Part shown: positions 17,836 to 25,230 of the stretch, piece after piece
Layout of the letters: every line of letters begins with the position of its first letter
Position numbering within the stretch: position 1 is the stretch's first letter
Assembly: GCA_040754455.1 (NCBI GenBank)
Contig: JBFMCP010000033.1
Location: forward strand, 1 to 38,303
Length of the DNA: 38,303 bases
Direction of reading: 5' to 3'
DNA from: Nitrospirota bacterium
GTDB taxonomy: Bacteria; Nitrospirota; Thermodesulfovibrionia; Thermodesulfovibrionales; Dissulfurispiraceae
Made by a program: the position numbers and the translations under genes
The notes under the pieces: model-generated
Database searches by the model: none
Seen by the model: only the letters and a program-made list of their open reading frames with translations
What the model was told of the DNA's origin: nothing

Positions 17836-19329
17836 ATGAGAGACGAAGCAAGAAATAAGGCAGAGTTCGTCGATGAGCTGAAGAAGCTTCGGCGGCAGGT
17901 CAGCGATCTGCAACGCTCGAACACCGGTGCTGCAGTCCGAAAGGGAACGCACCAGGCGCAAAACCTCAAGAAGCTGCTTATCGCCTCACGGGAGATGACG
18001 ACGACCACCGATCTCAGGAAGCTCTACCGGAAGATCGTGAATATCTCGAAAAGCCTCCTGAATCTCGACTTTTCCACCCTCATGATCCTCTCCGGCGATC
18101 GGAGCCGGCTTGTTATAGAGAACACCATCGGCTTTCCCAAATCAATGATCGGCACCTTCAGCCTGGTAAAAGGGCAGGGGCTGGCGACCTATGTGGTGAA
18201 AACGAAGCGACACGAAGTCGTCGTGGATTTCAAGAGGGAAAAGCGTTTTGAGGTGCCGCCGGTAGTGTACCAGAAACATATCACCTCGGCGGTCTCTGTC
18301 CCCATGATGCTCGAGAAAGAGGTCTTCGGGGTGCTTATAGGGCATACGCTGAAGAAACGGACATTTTCTGAGGATGAGATATCGCTCTATCAGAGTATTG
18401 CAAACCAGGGGGCTGTCGCGATCAAGAATGCGATGCATATTGAGGCGCTCCGTGAGAACGAGGAGTACCTGAAGACCATTCTGGATGCCGTACAGACGGC
18501 AATTCTGGTTATCGATGCCGAAACGCACGAGATCATCACCGTAAACCCGGTGGCGGTGAAAATGATCGGGGCTCCACGAGAAGAAATCGTAGGAAAGGTC
18601 TGTCACAAATTCATATGTCCGACCCAGGCCGGTGCATGCCCCATAACCGACGGAGGTTATACCATAGACAATTCGGAGAGAATCCTTCTCAGAGCTGACC
18701 GCGAGAAGGTTCCTATCATCAAGACGGTGAACCTCGTCATGCTGAACGGCCGACGCTATCTGATCGAGAGCCTGACGGATATTACCGAACGCAAGAGGAT
18801 GGAAGAGGCGATCAAATATCAGGCATACCATGATCTTCTGACCAACCTGCCCAACCGCATGCTCTTCATGGACCGTCTCGGTCTCGCACTGACACAGGTG
18901 CAGCGAAACCAAAAGATGCTGGCAGTGCTTTTCCTGGATATTGACTATTTCAAAAATATCAATGATTCCCTCGGGCATACCATCGGCGACCAATTGCTGC
19001 GGGATGTTGCAAAGCGGCTCAAGGCCTGTATCCGGAAGTCCGATACCGTGGCGCGCATCGGCGGTGATGAGTTCATCCTGCTGCTTTCGCCTATCAACGA
19101 CATCGGTGATGCAGTCATTATTGCCGAGAAGATCCTCTCGGTCTTCCAGAAGCCGTTTAAGATCGACGGCAACACGCTCCGTGTTACCACCAGCATCGGC
19201 CTCAGCCTCTATCCCGGCGACGGCGAGACTGCTGAAGCGCTGCTTAAGAACGCCGATATCGCCATGTATTATGCAAAGGAAAGGGGCAGGAACAGATATC
19301 AGTGCTTCAACGCAGCAATGAGGAGCTGA
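17836..19329 (+). CDS. GAF-PAS-GGDEF diguanylate cyclase
   Basis: GAF (SVPM...FGVL...FSEDE), PAS ending DITERK, RKSD I-site, GGDEF; no EAL; start uncertain (17806 or 17836). Confidence 0.93.
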   Translation: MRDEARNKAEFVDELKKLRRQVSDLQRSNTGAAVRKGTHQAQNLKKLLIASREMTTTTDLRKLYRKIVNISKSLLNLDFSTLMILSGDRSRLVIENTIGFPKSMIGTFSLVKGQGLATYVVKTKRHEVVVDFKREKRFEVPPVVYQKHITSAVSVPMMLEKEVFGVLIGHTLKKRTFSEDEISLYQSIANQGAVAIKNAMHIEALRENEEYLKTILDAVQTAILVIDAETHEIITVNPVAVKMIGAPREEIVGKVCHKFICPTQAGACPITDGGYTIDNSERILLRADREKVPIIKTVNLVMLNGRRYLIESLTDITERKRMEEAIKYQAYHDLLTNLPNRMLFMDRLGLALTQVQRNQKMLAVLFLDIDYFKNINDSLGHTIGDQLLRDVAKRLKACIRKSDTVARIGGDEFILLLSPINDIGDAVIIAEKILSVFQKPFKIDGNTLRVTTSIGLSLYPGDGETAEALLKNADIAMYYAKERGRNRYQCFNAAMRS

Positions 19330-19383
19330 CCTTCCGGTAAAGGGTGCTCCAGAGTATCAGACGTATCTTTCCTGCGTATTTTC

Positions 19384-19412
19384 TTGACAAACACCGGACA
19401 GGCTGTTAGATT
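19384..19412 (+). promoter_or_regulatory. Sigma70 promoter of the LOG-family gene
   Basis: TTGACA-N17-TAGATT with TG extension. Confidence 0.7.
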
Positions 19413-19472
19413 AACAAATATGACGATCACTGCGTGTATGCCAACCTTCAATCAGCACCACCTGCATATCTC

Positions 19473-20504
19473 ATGAATCTCCGCTTCTCGAGGACCAACG
19501 GCCCTGTCGACGAGCTGATCGACCAGTTGATAGCGGCGGCGGGCGATATTGCCCATGAAGAGCTGGTACGTGAGATGATCCTGGCAGCGCTCAAGGCAGG
19601 CCAGGAGACCGTGAGCAAGGCTGACCTCAAACTCATGAATACCACCTTAAAGGAGATGCGCTTTACCACGAAGATCTTCGGACCCTACCGTACGGTGCGG
19701 AAAGTCACGGTCTTCGGTTCCGCCAGGACGCTGCCTGACGAGCCGGTCTATAAGATAGCCCAGCTCTTCGGCAGGAAGCTCGCTGAGGCGGGATACATGG
19801 TCATTACCGGAGGAGGCGCGGGGATCATGCAGGCCGCGAATGAGGGCGCCGGGCCCGAGCACTCGTTCGGGGTCAATATCCGGCTCCCCTTTGAGCAGCA
19901 CCCCAACCCCACCCTCGAAGGCAGTCCTCGCCTGATCACCTATAAATATTTCTTCAACCGCAAAGTCGCCTTTCTCAAGGAGGCGAGCGCCATCGCCCTG
20001 TTCCCGGGAGGATTCGGCACCCTCGACGAAGCGATGGAGACATTGACGCTTATCCAGACCGGAAAGCGCAATCCCATGCCGCTCGTGCTCGTCGACGAGC
20101 CGGGGGGCACCTACTGGTCGCAATGGCTCCGCTTTCTCAAAAGAGAACTGTTGTCGCGAGGCTACATCAGCGACTCGGATTTCCATCTCTTCGAACGCGT
20201 CGATTCGGTGGATGCTGCAGTGGCATGTATCGACCGCTTCTACCACCGTTACCACAGCCAGCGCTATGTAGAAACGAAGCTGGTGCTCCGGCTCAACTCG
20301 CCGCTCATGCCGGAGGCGATTCAGGAGATGAACCACGCGTTCAGTGATATCCTCATGCCGGGAGGCAGCATTGCACTTTCCGGACCTTTGACTGCCGAGG
20401 CCGATGAGCCTGAGCTCGCCCATCTCCCGCGCCTCATCATCGATTTCAATAAGAGGGATTTCGGGAGGCTCCGGAAGCTCATTGATGCCGTCAACAGCTA
20501 TTGA
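19473..20504 (+). CDS. LOG family (nucleotide phosphoribohydrolase-like) protein, long form
   Basis: VTVFGSAR, ITGGG.GIM.AAN.GA, YFFNRK, PGGFGTLDE. Confidence 0.9.
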   Translation: MNLRFSRTNGPVDELIDQLIAAAGDIAHEELVREMILAALKAGQETVSKADLKLMNTTLKEMRFTTKIFGPYRTVRKVTVFGSARTLPDEPVYKIAQLFGRKLAEAGYMVITGGGAGIMQAANEGAGPEHSFGVNIRLPFEQHPNPTLEGSPRLITYKYFFNRKVAFLKEASAIALFPGGFGTLDEAMETLTLIQTGKRNPMPLVLVDEPGGTYWSQWLRFLKRELLSRGYISDSDFHLFERVDSVDAAVACIDRFYHRYHSQRYVETKLVLRLNSPLMPEAIQEMNHAFSDILMPGGSIALSGPLTAEADEPELAHLPRLIIDFNKRDFGRLRKLIDAVNSY

Positions 20505-20603
20505 TTCCCCGCCTTCTTCATCTATGCCCTGTTTTGGTGCAGTTGCCCCTGCAATCAGAAGACCTTATAACAGAGGCGGCCCGATACGTTATAATAATAG
20601 GTA

Positions 20604-20933
20604 ATGCTGGAACGGGGATATGAAGCGGAGCTTGTTCATGAACTCATCAGCCGTTACGGTCTTGAGGAAGACCCGGAACATGTCATTATTCCGTTTACCG
20701 GCAGTTCGGGCAGCGTCAAGCGCTGCTTTATTCTGAAAAGAAGATTCATACGCGTCGTGTATCCCGATAAACACTACAGCGATTATCCACTCCACGACGT
20801 CGTGGAGGCAACGGTCAAATATCCGGAGCTCCTTCTGAGCGAAGCGCTCCGCGTGTTGCATAAAGAGAAGGAGCCACAGACACTCATGACGGATGAACCA
20901 GGGACTGATGAGAAGGAGACTGAAAAAGAATGA
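20604..20933 (+). CDS. Hypothetical protein, 109 aa, translationally coupled to RNase E/G
   Basis: Fills the gap on the + strand; ATGA overlap with the next gene; no recognised motif. Confidence 0.65.
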   Translation: MLERGYEAELVHELISRYGLEEDPEHVIIPFTGSSGSVKRCFILKRRFIRVVYPDKHYSDYPLHDVVEATVKYPELLLSEALRVLHKEKEPQTLMTDEPGTDEKETEKE

Positions 20934-22603
20934 GTAAAAAGATCATGATAAATGCAATGTATCCCGAAGAGAAGCGCGTTGCGATCGTTGAAAACAGTAC
21001 GCTCGTCGACTTCTATGTAGAGACCGCTTCACGGGAGCATCTTAAAGGAAACATCTACAAGGGTGTGGTCACCAGGGTCGAGCCCGGGCTCCAGGCCGCC
21101 TTTGTCAATTTCGGGCCGAAGAAGCACGGCTTTCTGCAGCTCAGAGAGATACAGCCGGAATATCTCAAAAACAAGAAGAAGGGCAAGCGGCAGAGAATAC
21201 AGGAAGTCCTGTCAAAGGGACAGGAAGTGATTGTCCAGGTCGAGAAGGATGCGAGAGATACCAAGGGTGCAAGCCTCACGACCTATCTGTCGTTGCCGGG
21301 CAGATATATCGTCATGATGCCGGGTCAGGACCGGGTCGGCATTTCGAGGAAAATAGAGGACCGGGAAGACCGGGACCGTCTGAAAGAGCTCTTCAACTCA
21401 CTCAAGCTTCCCAAGAACATGGGGTTCATACTCAGGACTGCCTGCAGCGACAGGACCTGCGGCGAGCTCGAAAATGACTTGAAATATCTCACCAAGCTCT
21501 GGAACCAGATAAAGGCAGAATCAAAGAAGGCGGCTGCGCCGGCGCTTATCTACAAGGAGCAGGACATTGCGGTAAGGACGGTGCGGGACTACCTGACCTC
21601 CGATGTGGACGAAGTACTCATTGACGATGCTGAAGCGTACCGGAGGATACGGGAGTTCCTCAGGAAGACCTCCCCCTGGCGCAAGATCAATATCAAGCTT
21701 TATAAAGATAAGCGGCCTATCTTCTCGCTCCACAACGTGGAAGAGCAGATCGCAAAGATCAACGAGCGGCATGTATCGCTCCCGTCGCAAGGATATCTGG
21801 TGTTCGACCGCGCCGAGGCGTTGACGGCAATCGATGTAAATTCAGGGAGGAGCAGGAAGGAAGAGAATATCGAGGCCACAGCACTGAGGACGAATCTTGA
21901 GGCAGCGGATGAGATCGCACGGCAGCTCAGGTTGCGGGACATCGGCGGTCTTGTGGTGATCGATTTCATCGACATGGCATCATCCAAGAACAGGAGAGAG
22001 GTCGAGAACCGGCTGAAAGCCGCCCTCCATTCCGATAAGGCCCACACCGACATCACCGGCATATCGCGGTTTGGCATTGTCGAAATGACCAGGGAGCGTT
22101 TGCGGCCGGCCTTTTCGGATACCATGGGGACCAGGTGTGCGGTCTGCGGCGGCACCGGCGTGTTGAAATCGGACGAGGCAGTGGCACTCGCCGCACTCCG
22201 GGATATCCATACGAAACTGTCTGAAGGTGGTGCGCAGAGCCTGCGCTGCAGCCTTCCTGTCGAGAGTGCCAATTACCTCATCAATGCAAAGAGGAGCGAT
22301 ATCGCGGCGCTCGAGAAGACCTTCGGCGTGACTATTGCTGTTTTTAGCGATACCAAGCTCCTGCCCGGCTCTTACAGTATCGACGTGGAGAGCCAAAGGA
22401 GCAACGAACAAGGCAGCGAAAAGAGCAACGGAGATCAGAACCCCGACCAGAGCGAAGCCCAGAGCCAGATCGAAGGTCGGAGCAGAGGTCGGAGCAGGAG
22501 CCGGAGCAGAAGCAGGGGCAGAAACCAGAGAGCGGAACAACAGACAGCAGAGCAACAGACGGCAGAACAGCAACCAATAGAACAACAGGCAGTAGAGCAA
22601 TAA
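20930..22603 (+). CDS. Rne/Rng family ribonuclease (RNase E/G)
   Basis: GNIYKG.V.RVEPGLQAAFV S1 domain, AIDVNSG, EIARQLRLRDIGG..VIDFIDM, CAVC Zn-link; short low-complexity tail. Confidence 0.95.
   Translation: MSKKIMINAMYPEEKRVAIVENSTLVDFYVETASREHLKGNIYKGVVTRVEPGLQAAFVNFGPKKHGFLQLREIQPEYLKNKKKGKRQRIQEVLSKGQEVIVQVEKDARDTKGASLTTYLSLPGRYIVMMPGQDRVGISRKIEDREDRDRLKELFNSLKLPKNMGFILRTACSDRTCGELENDLKYLTKLWNQIKAESKKAAAPALIYKEQDIAVRTVRDYLTSDVDEVLIDDAEAYRRIREFLRKTSPWRKINIKLYKDKRPIFSLHNVEEQIAKINERHVSLPSQGYLVFDRAEALTAIDVNSGRSRKEENIEATALRTNLEAADEIARQLRLRDIGGLVVIDFIDMASSKNRREVENRLKAALHSDKAHTDITGISRFGIVEMTRERLRPAFSDTMGTRCAVCGGTGVLKSDEAVALAALRDIHTKLSEGGAQSLRCSLPVESANYLINAKRSDIAALEKTFGVTIAVFSDTKLLPGSYSIDVESQRSNEQGSEKSNGDQNPDQSEAQSQIEGRSRGRSRSRSRSRGRNQRAEQQTAEQQTAEQQPIEQQAVEQ
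22475..22522 (+). repeat. 4 x 12-bp coding repeat (RS-rich tract)
   Basis: GGTCGGAGCAGA GGTCGGAGCAGG AGCCGGAGCAGA AGCAGGGGCAGA = GRSRGRSRSRSRSRGR. Confidence 0.8.
22532..22603 (+). repeat. ~5 x 15-bp coding repeat (xEQQx)
   Basis: AEQQT AEQQT AEQQP IEQQA VEQ*. Confidence 0.8.
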
Positions 22604-22749
22604 AGAGGGTAGAATATTGTTCCTCGTCTGATAGAAGTTCCTTTACGGCTCCTCCAGGTCATCAGTGGCTTGCACCCTGCAGCTGTTCACCTCATCCTTA
22701 AAGAGATATCCAGAAACGGACGAAAACATAGAGAGTCTTCGATTATGAA

Positions 22750-24423
22750 ATGAATAACGACAACCAGTCAAAAGACCAACTCCTGGAGGGGATAAAGCGG
22801 TTCAAGCGGCTGGCGCAGCTCAGCATGATGCTTCCCGGCGACCCCCTCGAAGTCTTTAATTACATCGCCCGGATGATTGCTGAGCTGCTCGATGTCCGGG
22901 TGGTCGGTCTTTCAGAGATACGGGGCGACCGGCTCCATTTTCTGAGCATGTATGCCAATGGAAAAATCCTGAAGGGGCCGGGCCACTGCCTGCTTGCCGA
23001 TACTCCCTGTGCTGCGGTCGAAGAGAACAGGGATTTCCGCATCTACACTGACGTGTGTACGCTCTTTCCGAAAGCGGAATTCCTGCAGCGCCATAAAGCC
23101 GTCTCCTATTGCGGCTTTCCGGCCCTCGATAGCGCAGGCAATGTCCTTGCTGTTGCTTGCCTGATTGACGATCGTCCCCACGAATTCTCCGAAGAGGATA
23201 AAGCCGTTCTACGTATTGTGGGGCAGCGGATCGGTATGGAGATGGAACGGTTACGGCACCTTGCCGAACGCAGCCAGCTCGAGATCCAGCTGCACCAGGC
23301 GCAGAAGATGGAGGCCATCGGCAGACTTGCCGGCGGGATCGCGCATGACTTCAACAACCTGCTCACCGCAATCATCGGCTATGGAAACCTCCTGTCGACC
23401 AAGCTCGGAGAGGGGGATCCCTTGAGGAACTACGCGGAGAAGATACTGGCTGCATCGGAAAAGGCCGCCACCTTGACGAAAGGTCTTCTCGCCTTCAGCC
23501 GGAGGCAGCTTATCAGCCTCAAGCCGGTAGATGTGAACGTAATCATCAGAAACGTCGAGAACCTGCTCTCCCGGCTCATCGGCGAGGACATAGAGCTGAT
23601 AACCGTACTCGAGGATGAACAACTGGTCATCATGGCCGACAGTGGCCAGATCGAACAGGTCCTGATGAATCTCGCCACGAATGCCCGCGATGCAATGCCG
23701 AACGGCGGGGTTTTGACTCTCCGCACCGGGATTGTGGAGGTAACAGCCGAGGATGCGGAGCGTTGCCGCTTTATGGAGCCGGGGAGCTATGTTCTTGTCT
23801 CGATGAAAGATACCGGCTCGGGCATGGATGAGAAGACCAGGGAGCGGATATTTGAACCTTTCTTCACTACCAAAGAGGTGGGGAAGGGTACGGGACTCGG
23901 CCTCTCCATCGCCTATGGCCTGGTGAAGCAACACAGCGGCTCTATTATTGTTGAGAGCGAGATCGGCAAAGGGACGCTGTTTAAACTCTACTTTCCCCTG
24001 GCGCGGGCAGCAATGAAGAGGACTAAACCCTCAGCGCTCCCCCTGCTAGTGGGCGGCAATGAAACCATTCTCGTTGCCGAAGACGGTGAAGAGGTCCGGC
24101 GGCTGATCAGAGAGGTGCTCGAGGAATACGGCTACTCTGTCATCGAAGCTGCCGACGGTGAAGAGGCGGTGCATACCTTCAAAGCACATCAAGGCGCCGT
24201 TCAACTTCTCATCCTCGATGTCATCATGCCGAAAAAGAACGGCAAGGAGACCTACGAGGAAATAAGAAAGCTCGAGCCCGGAATCAAGGCCCTCTTCACC
24301 AGCGGATATACCGCGGACATTATTCACAAGAAGGGTATTATGGAAGAGGAGCTGAACTTCATTGCAAAACCGGTCCTGCCCGATATCCTGCTGCGCAAAG
24401 TCCGGGAGACCCTGGACAAATAG
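22750..24423 (+). CDS. Hybrid sensor histidine kinase/response regulator with GAF domain
   Basis: GIAHDFNNLL H-box, NLATNARDAM, DTGSG, FFTTK..GKGTGLGL, C-terminal receiver (VAED, ILD, KP). Confidence 0.93.
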   Translation: MNNDNQSKDQLLEGIKRFKRLAQLSMMLPGDPLEVFNYIARMIAELLDVRVVGLSEIRGDRLHFLSMYANGKILKGPGHCLLADTPCAAVEENRDFRIYTDVCTLFPKAEFLQRHKAVSYCGFPALDSAGNVLAVACLIDDRPHEFSEEDKAVLRIVGQRIGMEMERLRHLAERSQLEIQLHQAQKMEAIGRLAGGIAHDFNNLLTAIIGYGNLLSTKLGEGDPLRNYAEKILAASEKAATLTKGLLAFSRRQLISLKPVDVNVIIRNVENLLSRLIGEDIELITVLEDEQLVIMADSGQIEQVLMNLATNARDAMPNGGVLTLRTGIVEVTAEDAERCRFMEPGSYVLVSMKDTGSGMDEKTRERIFEPFFTTKEVGKGTGLGLSIAYGLVKQHSGSIIVESEIGKGTLFKLYFPLARAAMKRTKPSALPLLVGGNETILVAEDGEEVRRLIREVLEEYGYSVIEAADGEEAVHTFKAHQGAVQLLILDVIMPKKNGKETYEEIRKLEPGIKALFTSGYTADIIHKKGIMEEELNFIAKPVLPDILLRKVRETLDK

Positions 24424-24555
24424 ATTCACCTCATTTTCCTTTCACTATTTTAGAACTGTTTGAGATTTAAAAGGGTGGCACAGGCAGTGAGGGATACTCA
24501 CTGCCTGTACAGAGCATACCCTGAGTTTTTTCGCATTCTTTACTCTCTCCTTGCA

Positions 24556-24584
24556 TTGACAAGCCTCACTTCGGTTGATAGACT
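24556..24584 (+). promoter_or_regulatory. Sigma70 promoter of the HPF-CSD gene
   Basis: TTGACA-N17-TAGACT with TG extension; GGAGG RBS follows. Confidence 0.7.
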
Positions 24585-24603
24585 GGGTTTAGGGAGGTGC
24601 ATT

Positions 24604-25143
24604 ATGGAGATTCAATATCAGATAACCGCGCGCGATATCGAGCTGAGTGACGAGCTCAAGGATGATATCACGAGAAGGATCGAGAAACTCACTGATTTCT
24701 ATAACCGCATCAGCCGCTGCCGGGTTGTCGTCGAAGTGCCGCACCGGCACAAGCACGAAGGAAATCTCTACAATGTCCGCATCGATATGAAGGTCCCTCG
24801 CTCCGAACTGGTTGTCAAGCGGGAGGCTGGCCAGGACCTCAATGCGGCGGTCCGTGACGCCTTTGATGCCGCACGCCGCAAGCTGGAAGACTATGCGCGG
24901 CGGCAGCGCGGCGACGTCAAACAGCGTGAAAGTGCTCCCCACGCACGCGTGAGCGCCCTGTTTCCTGACGAGGGATATGGGTTCCTGACGACGCCCGACG
25001 GCCGTGAGCTCTACTTTCACGAGCACAGTGTGCTGAATGGCGAATTCAAGCGTCTGAGGATCGGCACCGAAGTACGCTATGCAGAAGAAGAGGGCGAGAA
25101 AGGACCGCAAGCCAGCACGGTGGCGGTTGCCGGAAAATCCTGA
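24604..25143 (+). CDS. HPF/RaiA ribosome-associated domain fused to a cold-shock domain
   Basis: QITARDIE.S......I...IEKL, D...A.RDAFD.A.R.L; CSD motifs GYGFL, LYFH, GPQASTV. Confidence 0.88.
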   Translation: MEIQYQITARDIELSDELKDDITRRIEKLTDFYNRISRCRVVVEVPHRHKHEGNLYNVRIDMKVPRSELVVKREAGQDLNAAVRDAFDAARRKLEDYARRQRGDVKQRESAPHARVSALFPDEGYGFLTTPDGRELYFHEHSVLNGEFKRLRIGTEVRYAEEEGEKGPQASTVAVAGKS

Positions 25144-25160
25144 TAGAACAAAGTAAAAAG

Positions 25161-25220
25161 GGCTCCTGGCTTCTGAATTCTGTTTTCAACTTTCTGCTTC
25201 TTACTTCCCACTTCTTACTT
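25161..25220 (-). repeat. Single-arm heptamer array between convergent genes (array D)
   Basis: Minus strand: AGTAAGA AGTGGGA AGTAAGA AGCAGAA AGTTGAA AACAGA ATTCAGA AGCCAGG AGCC. Confidence 0.8.
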
Positions 25221-25230
25221 TTATTGTTTG

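Noticed and set aside
19290..19329. Possible truncated GGDEF-EAL pseudogene (ends just after the GGDEF domain)
   Set aside because: The GGDEF domain is complete, no EAL remnant follows, and the next gene's promoter starts shortly after.
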